Source of the DNA: Cetorhinus maximus
Taxonomy: Eukaryota
DNA length: 64,000 nt
Assembly: GCF_964194155.1 (NCBI RefSeq)
Contig: NC_135906.1
Coordinates: 19,840,001-19,904,000 of the forward strand
Direction of reading: 5' to 3'
Shown: positions 1-12,920 of the stretch, piece by piece
Layout: each line of letters begins with the position of its first letter
Numbering within the stretch: position 1 is the first letter of the stretch
The notes under the pieces: generated by a model
What the model was told of the DNA's origin: nothing
What the model saw: the letters and a program-made list of their open reading frames with translations, nothing else
Database searches by the model: none
Program-made: the position numbers and the translations under genes

Positions 1-1909
1 CTCTCTCTCTCCCTGGCTTGTGCACTCTTGCCTCAAAGGACACCAGCTGGCCAATTTTAATATTGAAGTCCCAGATGTGATTGCATACTTCCTGGTGGGT
101 TTGTTGCACAGACCTGCAAACTGGTCAATGAGCCTTCAAAGACTGAGCTGTGAAGATCCCCTGTTCCCCTCCCATATGTTGTCCTAACTTCACCTTCCAG
201 AGCCCAAGATGACTAGATAGACAGCAAATCTGTCATTATTCTGGTAGGAGCTGGAGCTAGCCTTAATGCAGTATTGCATTTAAAGTCTGATTTTAATCAG
301 TTTGTATTCAATACATTCGAGTAGCTTGGCTTTTAATCTGACAAGAACTCTGTATATTCCCTGAAATTTGAAATGATCTACACTTGTACCAGTCTAGCTG
401 GCCAGAGGTCACCTAGGAACAGATTTTTTAAGGGGGTCCTCCTATAACTTCAATGTCCCCAACTCTGAGCTGTTGGTTCTACATTGAGTAGGGGGTGTGA
501 ATCATTTTGAATGCCAATTAATGTTTTGACAGAGAACTTTGGACAGGTGATTTGAACAAGGTTTAAGTTGACCAATGGGCATCAAATCCTATGTACATAC
601 TTGGTTTTCAATATTTAGGATCATCTATCTAGCTATTGTCTTGGGCTTTTGGCTGTACAACTTAGCTTGCCCAGGTTGCTTGAATATAAATGTATCCTAT
701 TCTCAGTGGAATTGTTACTAACTGAAAACTAGGTGGTGTTTTAAAGGGGAGTAGTGATGGAATTGTATCTACTTTAGCTACAAGCTTCAAAGTCTTAGTC
801 TTTTACACTGGAACATTTTGGAAGACATGACAGACTCTAAATGAGGCTTCCTCAAATGAAGGATATTTGTCTAGAGGTATAAGAAGTCAGTGTACACTTT
901 TTTTTTGAGGATACCACTGGAGGTACAAGTTAAGCTGAAGTGTCCTTTTTGTAGTGAGTTATATGAATATATGCAGGGAACGCTTTTTTCAAAGCAGCCT
1001 TTTATTTGCAAGTAAATGAATATTTCAGGGTAATTCCTTTTTTCTAGACTGTTCAAATTGCTGCTATCCTTTGATTTAATCTCCAGCTGCTTAGTTATAG
1101 GATCATCTGGATACAGTAAACTGCAGCAGAATGTGTCTTACCTGCATTTGGCAACCAATACAATTTAAAGCTGAAGACTGCAAAGTGTCGGATGGTCCAT
1201 ATTGAACAGGCAACTCTAGACTGGACATGGACTCAAATGCATCATGCAAGTCCATTGGTGACTAATACTGTATTCAAACTAAACCCAAGCTGGGACTCTG
1301 ATCTAACTGATCTGAATGCCAGATCAGTATTAGTCTACTTTTAACACTCTATTTGGAGCGCAGAGTGCATTCTGTAAACAAGTTTTTATCAGCAGATGGA
1401 CATTTTTTTTTTAAACTTGAGTTATGTAGTGCACATTCCCAACTTAACTAAATTTCGAGGTGGTCCATTGCTTCACTATTGAAGGTAACTAGGGATGGGC
1501 AATTGAATGTTAGCCCATACCAGTGTCCATATCCGGAGAATGAGTTGCCAAATGCTTTTACATTGTTTACTGGTAAAACATGCTCATGAAGTGGAATGCT
1601 TTGTAATATGGCAGTGGATTTCAGTATTCACTTAGGTAATCTCAATTTTCACAGAGCACTCCATACTGGACTGGTGTACACTGGTTACATAATTTTATGG
1701 TTGCCTGAAAGATGGCACACTGTTCTTGACCAAGTATCGCTGTGACATCTTAAACTGCACAGATCTTTTTTTGGTGTATGTTTCAATGTTCCATGAAGTA
1801 GTGTAAAAGATCACATCTGAAATGTTCAAGGTAAACTTCACCAGACGTGTAGAAAGGTTGTACAGAAATCTTTGGATTTTGCTGTATAGCACATAAAGAT
1901 TAAGGCTGT

Positions 1910-2996
1910 AATAAAAATACCTGGAAAAACTCAGCAGGTCCGACAGCATCTGCGGAGAGGAACACAGTTAGTGTTTCGAGTCCGTATGACCCTTCAACAG
2001 AACTAAGGAAAAATAGGAAAGAGGTGAAATATAAGCTGGTTTAAGGTGGGGTGGGACAGGTAGAGCTGGATAGAGGGCCAGTGATAGGTGGAGATAGACA
2101 AAAGGCCAAAGAGGTGTTGAAGGTGGTGATATTATCTAAGGGATGTGCTAATAGGTGACATTAAGGGTAGAAAGCAGGATGAGCAAGGTACAGATAGCCC
2201 TAGTGGGGGTGGGGGGGGGGCGGGGGAGGGATTGAAATAGGCTAAAAGGCAGAGATAAAACAATGGATGGAAATACATTTAAAAATAATGGAAATAGGTG
2301 GGAAAAGAAAAATCTATATAAATTATTGAAAGAAAGGGAGATCGGAAAGGGGGTGGGAATGGAGGAGAGAGTTCATGATCTAAAATTGTTGAACTCAATA
2401 TTCAGTCCAGAAGGCTGTAAAGTGCCTAGTTTACAGCCTTCGGACTGAATATTGAGTTCAACAATTTTAGATCATGAACTCTCTCCTCCATCCCCACCCC
2501 CTTTCCGATCTCCCTTTCTTTCAATAATTTATATAGATTTTTCTTTTCCCACCTATTTCCATTATTTTTAAATGTATTTCCATCCATTGTTTTATCTCTG
2601 CCTTTTAGCCTATTTCGATTCCTTCCCCCCACCCCACCCCCACTAGGGCTATCTGTACCTTGCTTGTCCTGCTTTCTACCCTTAATTAGCACATTCCTTT
2701 AGATAATATCACCACTTTCAACATCTTTGTCCTTTTGTCTATGACATCTTTTGGTTATCTCCACCTATCACTGGCCCTCTATCCAGCTCTACCTGTCCCA
2801 CCTCCCCTCCCCCACCCCCCTTAAACCAGCTTATATTTCATCTCTTTTCTATTTTTCCTTTGTTCTGTTGAAGAGTCATACGGACTCGAGACGTTGACTG
2901 TGTTCCTCTCCGCAGATGCTGTCGGACCTGCTGAGTTTTTCCAGGTATTTTTATTCTGGATTTCCAGCATCCGCAGTTTTTTTTTGATTTTATCTT
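1910..2996. mobile_element. Penelope-like retroelement inserted as a fold-back (two ~510 bp inverted arms, 8 nt loop)
   Basis: Arms 1910-2421 and 2430-2955 are inverted copies. The junction encodes a GIY-YIG C-terminus (LGTLQPSGLNIEFNNFRS*). 14 bp TSD aagattaaggctgt at 1896-1909 and 2997-3010. Confidence 0.85.
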
Positions 2997-3744
2997 AAGA
3001 TTAAGGCTGTGTTCAAATGCTTAAACTTTTTAACTTGATTCTGGGAATGGATTTGTTTACAGTAGAAACAGCTGGTTGGTTAGTTCTGAATTTAACTTGC
3101 TCTTACTGCTGAATTTTTTTCTTTTTCATTTTTGAACAATTTCAAACGCTTTTATTTTTAAAAACACCTAGAGTCCAGTTGCCTATTTGAGAACCGAAGT
3201 AGCTAGATGCATCTAATGCAATTGTTGCAAGCTACGACATTGTTGCCAAGCAGACTTTGGGGTCATTGAGAATGTCAAACTCGATGTGCCAGCTTATCAA
3301 GTTAAATCTGAAATAATGTGTTTGCATGAGTGATTTAGAAGACATTTTCAGATATTTTTGCAAATGAATGCTGGATTTCATAGCCTTTTTTCACCCTTTA
3401 GGCTAGGCTGGCTGCTAGTGCACTATATCAAACTCTTGGATAACATAGAATCCAAACTTGTTTTTTAGTATGCTTCCATAATAATCAGGTGGGTGAGAAT
3501 TGAAGTGATAATTGCATTTGTTTCTGTATGTTTGATATTCTGTGCCTTGCCTGTCAAACACAGGAGAGCTTGGGTATTGCATGCTTAAATAAGAGGGTTA
3601 TAATTCTCTCCATGGAGAAAAGCTGTTAACCGAGTCCTGGACACCTGCCCTTTAACACATATATTTTTCCTGTAGCAGGTACCGATAATGGCTGAAATCA
3701 AATGCCAAGATTCCCTTTTTTTTTTCATATCTGTTCAACCATTA

Positions 3745-3812
3745 AATATTGCTGAAAAGATGTTGCTGAAGCTTTTTGTCTTGCACTCGAGGACAAACAC
3801 ACGGATTTCAAA
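3745..3812 (-). mobile_element. Degenerate remnant of the second hammerhead-bearing PLE family
   Basis: attgctgaaaaga...gaagctttttgtcttgcactc..ggacaaacac matches the copies at 22147 and 43292. Confidence 0.55.
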
Positions 3813-5303
3813 TAATTCCTACTACAGAAGAAAGGGGTGCTGATTGACAAGTTGACTCTACCATGGGAAGAACAATGCCTCCACCGATTGTAGTGATGGT
3901 TTGAAATTTGGCATTCTTGTATTTGTCCCATAGTGCAAGACAGCTTTTTTATTCATCGTGGCAAGTAGGCAGTAATTGATGCCCAAATCTCTAAATTGGC
4001 CTTTGCTTTTTTTTAAAAAAAATCCAAGTTTTGCACTATAAAGTGCCTGTCTGTGTTTACCATTAAACTTGCACCAGTCCATAACCTGCAACCCAGTCCA
4101 ACCTCCTGCTTTCCTCTTCTCCCTCACTCCCCTCACCCTGCATTAACAAATTTGTAAGAATGCCCTTGCCACATCTCCTGCTGAGAGTCCAGAAAGTGCA
4201 TCTCTGCCTTGAAAGCTCCTCCCATATTCTGGGGATTAATTGACCACCAAGATTGGGAGCCCCTTCTACAATCTAGGTTAATGTCTCGGAACTGAACAAC
4301 CTAGAGACGGCCAGTGTTTTTGTTTCTCTACTCGAGGAGTTGTCATAGTGAGATACTAATCTTCACTACAAGTTGGTAGATGAGCCAGTTACTTTTGTCA
4401 TTCCTTTTTTTTTAAGCATGTTGGCGCTAGGAGTGTAATGCTATTTTTTTTTTCTAACCAGCCTACCTTTTTTCAGCATTGTGGAAAGTGTTTTGAGTAG
4501 AGACAAAAGTGTGATTTTTAAAATCCAGAATCCATATGTACACTTGTCAAAAGGTTGAATAGGATGAAATACATTGAAAGATAGTGGGTTAGCTGTTAAA
4601 GCTGAAGCCTAGAAAGCGAGTAGGTTTTGAAAAGAAATTTTAAGCTGTTTAGTTGTAACAACCTGATTGACTTGTACAGTCACACTGTTCATGTTTTTAT
4701 CCTCCTCTACAAATGACCACGGGCATTCCTTTGCATGATTTTTGTGAAGGTGTACTGAAAATAAAATGTCAAAGAGAACGTGTTGAGTCAAATTATTCCC
4801 TTGGCATGTGAATTTACACTTTTTATATTTTCAAAACAGGAGGTAAAGATCAACCACTGAATAGGTGTAGCATCCATTTCTCTATGGAAATTTGCTAACT
4901 TTTGACGTATATGCAAGTGTGTCTTTTATACTATGGCCTGGGCTACTTCCATGAACAAACCAGGACCTGGGAAGAGTCTGTTAAATTAAGTACTTAACAT
5001 TTTTGAAAAATTGTCAAAGGATAAACTAACATTGGAGAATATTATGCCTCAACAAACTGAAGACTTGCCACAGCCGAAAGCATTATGCTGCAGCAGCGTG
5101 TCTAATAAATTGAGTTTTTGGGATTCTTCACTATTACTACAATACACACATCACTAGCAATACTCTTTGCTCAGTCAGTCATTAGCTTCTGAAAGAGCTA
5201 CTATGCCCTGGACCATAATAGGCAACATGTTTAAAAGCCCAATACATGCCCCTCCCTCCCAAGTAGAATAAATTTCTCTACATTATAAACTAGTCAGAAT
5301 AAT

Positions 5304-5309
5304 TTTAAT
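5304..5309 (-). terminator. Candidate polyadenylation signal (ATTAAA) of C19orf67
   Basis: tttaat on the plus strand, about 170 nt downstream of the stop codon at 5481. Confidence 0.35.
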
Positions 5310-5480
5310 TCTTGTGACAAAAGTGTAACAGTTCAACTTTCTGCTCCATCTTGGGAAGCTGGTAGAAGAGTGCATCAAGCTGAAAGGGTGTTCTGCATTT
5401 TTTCTTCCCCAAATGAGTTGATGGCTGGTGCTAAGAAAATTAGGTTTACAAGAACGGGTCAAGTTGTAAAGGCCTCTGAA

Positions 5481-5759
<279 letters not shown>

Positions 5760-7332
5760 TCAGAAACCATTTCCTGTGAACTATACCATGTTTTTTACAG
5801 TTACTGCACCAGAGCCAGTTTTTAATTTCTTAAAATAAAAAGAAACCAATAAACCTGTTCAGAGACCATTTGTGTTTTTTTTTCTAAATTAAAATTGTTT
5901 TCTGTATCTGGCATACATGCTCCAGTCCCCTTCGTTGCCTACTGGTCATGGAAAGTCTCAGCAGCCACTACATGCACCCTCTCCAGGACTACCTGGGTAC
6001 CGGTGAGAATCAGGAGAAAGAGGGTGTTCAGAACAGATGTTCAGGTCCAGGAGCAGACCCACGAGGTCTTCCGACCTGCCCTTCCCCACACCTCTTGGGC
6101 AGCCAGCGTGGGACCGTAGTGCAGTCGGAAGTTGAACAGTTCCCGTTTTGTGTGATTAGTGAATTAAGTCACCGTTTGTAATTCTGAGCAATGCTTGCAT
6201 GCCACTGCTCCTGTTCTGAATTCTCTCTCTACCTCCTCACACCCTCAGCACAAACAGCAGCCCTAAAAGACAATCCAGTTCACATTAAATACCTGGCTGG
6301 GCTTAACTTTTTTTTTTGAGAGAGCAGGGCTGTGGATGTCCTGTGCTAAACTGCAGTGGTGTGGTGCAACACTTCACTGTGTGATTCTGAAACAAAGTTT
6401 ATTATTTCCTTCACTTGCGCTATTATATCTCTTTCGTTCTGCTGATTTATCTCGTGCGTTAGTGCCACTCCGGTGGAATAAAAGCCATGCAGTGTCTGCA
6501 GAAATGATTTATGGTTTTAATGATGGGAAGGTGCACACAGCTGAGATTATATGGGTTTGTTTTGGAGTTGTCTCCAGGCCCTGTACTTCTCTCTCATCCT
6601 CATCCAATAGGGATCCATTACCCCGCAGAGTACGATCATATTTCCATTGGTATGACAGCATAGGCAAAGTGCCTTATCCTCCCACTGGGAGCTGATATCC
6701 TATCCCCAGAAACCATTGAAGAATTTTTCTTTTGCAGAAAGACCGAGAGCAAAGCTGAAGAAGGGGACTGGACATGACGGTTATAAATATTTTGTTGTGG
6801 TTGGAACTCTTATTATTTCACCAGCCTAATTGATGGTTGATTACAAGTGCAGCACAATCCAACATGTTCTGGTTGTAGCTCTACTATGTTGTGGCTTTAG
6901 ACACAAAGAGTGTAGAGAAAAATCTCTTCCTGCCCTGAAGCACTGATAATATAATAATAGCCACCTTTGACGTGGTTAAGTGTCCCAATCACAGCAGTGA
7001 TTATATACCCAAAAGCTCAAGCTCCCAGGTAAGGTTGCCAGGTTAAAAGCAAGTGCAGTTAGGCTAGAATCAGGAATTCTGCAGCTGATCTAAGTAAGGG
7101 AGATGAAAAGGCTGATATTCCTATTCCTGATCGCTGTCCACCGCGGCCCTGCTGAAAAGAGCTATTTCACAAGGGAGGAGAAAGGGTACATTGATTGGCT
7201 GAGATGAAGTAGAGTGGGAGGAGATGGGTGGAGCATAAACACTGGCATGGATCAGCTGAGCCAAACGGCCTGTGTCTGTGCTGAACATTCTATCTAATTC
7301 TATAGAGGATAGAGCTCGAAGGCAGCAGTTAC

Positions 7333-7488
7333 CAGCAAAGAAGATCTGGCTCCCCTGGAGATGGTTCTACTTGAATCCAGCGACCGATTGACCAGAGGCG
7401 TCTGCTTTTGGCAGCGGAAGGTGTACTTTTGGGGCCAGGCTGGCTGTTGTCCATTACTTGATTCGCCTCCTTGAAGCACAGGAAGTAA
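7333..7488 (-). CDS. C19orf67: C19orf67 coding exon 5
   Basis: cag acceptor and gtaact donor; (Y)YFLCFKE...RRLWSIGRWIQVEPSPGEPDLLCW matches family motifs YYFLC and LWSIGRW; 156 nt, phase 2-2. Confidence 0.9.
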
Positions 7489-7694
7489 CTGCATGATAAC
7501 ATAACAGGACAGTGAAAAAGCAAGTCTGAGTGATAGAGGAATTCATGTAGAAAATGCAACTGACATTGGCAATACACCTGATATAAGTCAACCAGCAATA
7601 CTCAGAGCAGGTAAACTACATAAATCTATACATCATCATATAAAATAACATGGTTATAATCTTATAGCACGGGGAGGTTTTTTGGCTACCATAG

Positions 7695-8722
7695 AATAGA
7701 TTCACAGAAGCGGATCATTCAGCCCATTGTGTCTCTGCTGCCTCTCTGCTAAACCAACTCAGCTAATCCCACTCCCCTGCGCTTTCCCCATAATTATACA
7801 ATGGTTACAGCACAGAAGGGGACCATTCAGCCCATTGTGTCCATGCCCCTGTAAGATCGGTTCAATGCTGCAATTTTTTTCTCTTCAGGTGTTTATCCAC
7901 TTCCTTTTTGAAAGCCATGGTTGAATCCCTGTCCCCACCGCACCCAGGCAGTGCATTCCAGATCCTGACCATTCATAAGGACATAAATAGGAGCAGGAGT
8001 AGGCCATTCAGCCCTCCGAACCCACTCAGCCATTCAATGAGATCATGGCTGATCTACTTCAACACTACTATCCCTTGATGTTTTTAATATGGAGAAATCT
8101 ACAAATCTCTGGCTTGAACATACTCAACGACTGAACATTCTCAATGACTGAACATCCACAGTCCTCTGGGGCAGAGAATTCCAAAGATTCATCACCCTCT
8201 GAGTGAAGAAATTCCTCCTCATCTCAGTCCTAAATGGTCTGCCCCTTATTCTGTGTCCCCTGATTCTAGAACCCCTTCCCACCACCACCACCCCCCCACC
8301 CCCCAAGCCAAGGGAAACATTTTCCTGCATCTACCCTGTTGAGCCCTGTCAGAATTTTGTATGTTTGATTGAGGTCGCCTCTCACTCTTCCAAACTGGAG
8401 AATAAAGGCCCAGTCTATTTAATCATAGGACAATCCCTCCATCCCAGGGATTAATTTAGTGAACCTTCTCTGTGTTTAAAAAACAAGATTTTCCTCATGC
8501 TGCCCTTGGTTCTTTTGCCAATCTGTGTCCCTTTCACCAATGGGAACACTTTCTCTATCTACCCTGTGTAGACCCCTCATTAGTTTTGAACTCTTGCAAA
8601 TCTCCTCATTAGTTTTGAACTTCTAGCAAATCTCCTTTCAGTCTTCCCTAAAGAGAAAAATCCCAGCTTCTCCAATCCATCCACGTTAACTGAAGTCCTT
8701 CACCCCTGGAACCATTCTCGTA
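7695..8722 (-). mobile_element. Nested CR1 LINE 3' fragments (inner copy ~7975-8470)
   Basis: Translation RGHRIRGRPFRTEMRRNFFTQRVMNLWNSLP is a typical CR1 ORF2 C-terminus; CR1 3' tails. Confidence 0.8.
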
Positions 8723-8753
8723 TTGCCGTTTTACCCTGTATATCTATACTTAC

Positions 8754-8942
8754 TATTCTGTACATGGCTCTGTTGCATCCCCAAACGATGTTCCTTCACT
8801 GATATCCACATTCCACCGGATTTTCTTGAATAGCAGGGCTGGCTCCTTTGCTGCCGTGTAAGGCACAGGCATACAGTACCGGAAGGTGGAAACGCGGAAC
8901 CAGTGTCCGAGGCGGAATTCTCCTCTGTAGAAGTAGCAGATA
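8754..8942 (-). CDS. C19orf67: C19orf67 coding exon 4
   Basis: ttccag acceptor and gtaagt donor; (S)ICYFYRGEFRLGHWFRVSTFRYCMPVPYTAAKEPALLFKKIRWNVD resembles human SISCFFCGRF..VSIFRYCAPTAYTA..LYKKMRW; 189 nt. Confidence 0.88.
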
Positions 8943-9104
8943 CTGGAACGCCCGAGTTTTTTGTTTAAAAAAAGGAGAAAGATAGGAGTACGGGGTGGTT
9001 GGGGGGAAATGATTAGAACCTTTTGATTTACATCTCTCCCTCCTCCCCTCCAGAAAGAAACTACAGCTCATATAGTCCCTACCCAATCCATATTGTCAAA
9101 GGTT

Positions 9105-9518
9105 GTGTCCAATTCTCGATCCTACACATCAGGAAGGGTGTCAAAGCCTTGGTGGGGGGGCGGTTGCAGTGGGGGATTGGTTGGAATGGTAGCAGGGACA
9201 AGGAACTTCAGTTACTGGGAGAGACTGCAGAGGTTGAGGTGGTTCTACTCAGAGCAGAGAAGCTCAAAAGAGAAATTTAGTCAAGGTATTCCAAAATCAC
9301 AAAGGGGTTTGATCGGGTAACTAAGGAGAAACTGTTCCAGTGACAGGAGAAATTGCTAACTGCACGACATAGGTTTAAGGTAAATTGGCAAAATGACCAG
9401 AGGGGAGATGAGGATTTTTTTAATGCGGTGACTTGTTTTGGTCTGGAATGAGCTGCCTGAAAGGGGAGTGGAAGTGGATTCAATTGTAAAGCTCGAAAGG
9501 GACTTGGATAAATACTTC
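9105..9518 (+). mobile_element. Degraded CR1 LINE 3' fragment
   Basis: Remnant translation WNELPERGVEVDSIVKLERDLDKY. Confidence 0.7.
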
Positions 9519-9948
9519 CTTGGACATCCAGGCAGCTGCTGTGCGGCCTGGTTCAAATGGTTTTGCTGTGTCTTTGAGTTGAGGCAACAGGTTGCTCCAG
9601 GGGCCCGATCATTACCCTCGTTAGATATTTATTTCCCATAGAATTTGATTGTTTTCTCTTTGCAGCCTTAGGAAGTACTGAAGCCAAAACACATGGCTTC
9701 CCCAGCTGTGATCAACCAGCTCCACACAGGCTAAGAGCCTGGGACCATCTCAATATGTGTGGCTCACTACCAGACTAGGCAGTCCAGATCAGTAGGGGAG
9801 ACTAGATCAGGATCAAACCGGACAATCTGGTCTCCTTGAGATAGTCGGCAGTTTGGAATGATTGATTTTACACGGCCGGATATTTTGCTGGATTGTGATT
9901 TTGTGTCCCAGTAAGACAGTGATGGCGATGGGCCAGGGTCCCCATTAC

Positions 9949-10049
9949 CTGCAGGGGTCTGTCTCCTCCAGGGAGATGAAACCGAAGGATGCGTACATGA
10001 GGACCAGCTGTTCCAGATTCGAGGCCAGATGCTGGGAGAACTGCAAAAG
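9949..10049 (-). CDS. C19orf67: C19orf67 coding exon 3
   Basis: ttcccag acceptor and gtaatg donor; [33 protein letters not shown] matches human [18 protein letters not shown]; 101 nt. Confidence 0.92.
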
Positions 10050-10404
10050 CTGGGAAATAATAGTACAGATCAGGTGGACAGAGAGAAAACAAAAACAACA
10101 ATACATATAGCGGGGGGACAGCCGACAGCACAAAAAGCACCAGAAATAAACCTACATCAGGATTCGTCTTTGCCTGGTTTGTGTCAAAGCCTATGTCAAC
10201 CTGCTTGATGAGCAGAAATACTGACAATAAAATAGGGCGTAGGTCAGTGAAGGAATGGCTTCCCGAGCAACCTCACAGGTAAAAGCGCAAACAGAGAAGG
10301 GGAACGTGTCACGGAATCATCCATAGGTCCCCATCAGTCGGCCAACCCCCCTGATGCAGGACTTCAACAGGTTTTCATTTTACCTGAACTTTGTTTTTAA
10401 AAAT

Positions 10405-10795
10405 ACTTATTTTAAAATTCTCGTTTTGTGAATTCCCACCCCATGGACTCACCACTCCTTATCTCTGTAACCTCCTCTGGCCCCATAACCCTCCGAGAAA
10501 TCTGCGCTCCTCCAATTCTTGAAGGCCTCTTGAACATCCCCAATCTTCATTACTCCATTATTAGTGGCTGTGCCTTCAGCTGCCTGGATCCTCCGCTCTG
10601 GAATTCCTCCCCCCCACCGACTAAAACCTCTCCACCTCTCTCTCCTCCTTTAAGACACTTCTTAAAACCTATCTCTTTGACCAAGCTTTTGGCTATCTGC
10701 CCTAATCTTTGGCCTGATGTCAAACTTTGTTTAATAATGTTCCTGTGAAATGCCTGACATTTTAACACATTACAACAGCTATATAAATACAATTG
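10405..10795 (+). mobile_element. L2-type LINE/SINE 3' tail
   Basis: ccttcagc..ctctggaattcc..cttaaaacc..ctctttgaccaagcttttgg...gctatataaatacaattgtt; similar copies at ~17505, 29135, 40515, 42330, 45050 and 56360. Confidence 0.7.
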
Positions 10796-10949
10796 TTCTC
10801 TTCACCCAACATGAGCACACACAAACAGGCTTCTGGCAGGAGCCACTGTACAGTAATGAGGATCTCTCTAGTTTGCAGGTACAATATAGCACCTTATTGC
10901 TGCCCCAGAGAGTAGACTGAATCTTAGAAGTACCAAGAGAAAGACCATG

Positions 10950-11322
10950 CATTTATATAACATCTTTCATGACCTCAGGACTTTCCAAAGTGCTGTACAG
11001 CCAGTGAAGTACTTTTAAAGTACTGTCTGTTACTGTTGTACTGCAGGAAATGCAGCAGCCAATTTGCGCACAGCAAGCTCCCACAAGCAGCAATATGATA
11101 GTGACCAGGTAATCTGATGTTGGTTGAGGGATAAATATTGACCAGGACACTGTGAAGAACTTCCCTGCTATTCTTCAAAATAGTGCCATGGGAACCTTTA
11201 TGCCAATCTAAGAGGGCATAACGGTTCAACGATTCATCCGAGAGATGGCACCTCCGGCAGTACAGCACTCCCTCAGCACTGGCACTGGGAGTGTTGGCCT
11301 GGATTCGGTTGTGCTGTTCAAA
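10950..11322 (-). mobile_element. Deu-domain SINE (SacSINE1/AmnSINE-like)
   Basis: Central domain gcactccctcagcactggcactgggagtgttggcctggatt...atagtgccatggga; tail ending ...tatataaatgca. Confidence 0.75.
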
Positions 11323-11394
11323 CTTCCCCAAGTGGGCAGGACCAGCGCTGGAACCTTTGTCAAACGTGTTTCAATCTTATTCCTAAAGCATTAC

Positions 11395-11539
11395 CCGTTT
11401 CTGGATATACTCAGGGAGAGGTTTCCTGTCAGAATGGATGCTGCGCGCCGTGGATTCCAGGTAGGCAAAGTATGGCTGGCACGTTTTCACAAAGATCGGC
11501 ACGGCCCTGGCAAACTCTTCATTGTGGATTCGGTCTCTA
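11395..11539 (-). CDS. C19orf67: C19orf67 coding exon 2
   Basis: ccttccctgcag acceptor and gtaatg donor; (S)RDRIHNEEFARAVPIFVKTCQPYFAYLESTARSI resembles human [35 protein letters not shown]; 145 nt. Confidence 0.92.
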
Positions 11540-12489
11540 CTGCAGGGAAGGAAGCAGACTGAAGACTGTCAAGTAGCAGACACCAAAGAATTTGCTTATT
11601 GCCATTACAATCATTTTGCTGGAGAGGGGCATCTCACCGTGTGCCCTATTAGTTAACCTTTAAGCCTGGCTCTTCACTATCAAACCCATTGGCTCTGAAC
11701 AATTGGCCCCAAGAGTCTATTGCCTTAACCTATGAGATTTAAGGAGAGAGCAAGATAGAGGGGAATGAGAGAGGAGAAAATCGGGTCAATTAGACATGAA
11801 TCAGGTACAGAGAGAGAAATAAAGAGACGGAAAGGGGGATTGATTGAGAGGGAAGGGGAAAACAGACAGAAGGAAATGTAAGAAAGTATTTTAAAAATCT
11901 CTAACAACAATTTACCACATCTAAGAATGAAGCTTCACATTTTAAACTGTTCCTTTTCTGGGCAGGAGAGGTTGAATGGCATATCTTTCTAGAAAGTTAC
12001 TTAGGCTGTTAAGTTCCTGCCCTAACTTCCTCAGTTGAGTTTTAATGGGTAATTAATGTGCAAATGCAGCAACTTTGGGAAGCTCATGGGGAGGTTGAGG
12101 GCGAGCTGTCATTTTTGCAAGGGTAATGGCGGACTGACGCAAATCGTCCAGCAATGTGTGGTGATTCGCAATTCAGCCGTTACCTCTCTCCCTCAACCAA
12201 AGGTTGCTGCATGGTTTACTCATTAATAACTATGAACACCTCCAAAATGGCCATGATTTTGGCGTGAAATTTAGGCCATCATGGTTCCGGCCATGAACTA
12301 CACCTGCCTCCACAGCCATGTCAATCTTCAAGAGGCAAAACAAAAATACATTGGTCAAGGCCTCAGGTTCAGAAAGATAAAGCCAGCTAGCTGAAGAATT
12401 GGACAAAACAAGACGACAAGGAAAAAAGAATAGAATGAAACTTCATCTCCGTGAGAAAGAGTGAGAATAGAAGTGAGCTGTGCCAATAC

Positions 12490-12920
12490 CTGTAGACCAG
12501 GTGTGTCTGGAACTCCTCTGCTTTCTTCAGCAGGTATTGAAGCTGCTGTTCTATTGGTTGAAGCTTCTCTTCCATTAGTGTGACATCATACTGAGGCACC
12601 TCGTCCTCGGGCCTATGTGGCTGTTCCTCCTTCCCGTGATGCAGTGGCAGGAATGTGTTATTGTTTGGGACTTGTGCAGCAGAGGCCTGTGAAGCCTGCA
12701 TTGTTGAAGAGCTGGGATAGGCCGAGGCAGGGATGAAGACCTGGCTGTCCGTCCTCTGTTTTTCTTGAGTGGGCTGCCCCATTAACTGGTGCAGTTCAGT
12801 CTCCGTCCAGTGGGACCCTTTAGGTTCCGTGCTGACCACCTCCATTGAGCAGGAGCATTTTGGCTTATCTCTCCTCTTATATATCACGACATCATGTCCA
12901 TTGGTAACATTTTCCTCCAT
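12490..12920 (-). CDS. C19orf67: C19orf67 first coding exon (exon starts at 12921 after a splice acceptor)
   Basis: ATG at 12920; ends ..EEKLQPIEQQLQYLLKKAEEFQTHLVY, matching the family motif QLQYLLKKADDFQ; gtattg donor at 12489; the six exons sum to 1254 nt, i.e. 417 aa. Confidence 0.88.

Larger units (their letters stand above)
1..5290 (+). other. Probable long 3' UTR of an unidentified upstream plus-strand gene
   Basis: No credible ORF; U/GU-rich plus-strand composition with many T runs; few repeats; UGUACAUA Pumilio-type element near 592; AATAAA at 5104-5109 and 5267-5272. Gene identity not visible. Confidence 0.45.

Noticed and set aside
5895-6700. Short plus-strand ORFs and a TGATTTATGG Hox/Pbx-like site in the last C19orf67 intron
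   Set aside because: No recognisable protein or consistent splice chain; enhancer status cannot be judged without alignments
11660-12280. Possible degenerate MITE
   Set aside because: Only one plausible TIR (gaaatttaggcc); boundaries and TSD not definable
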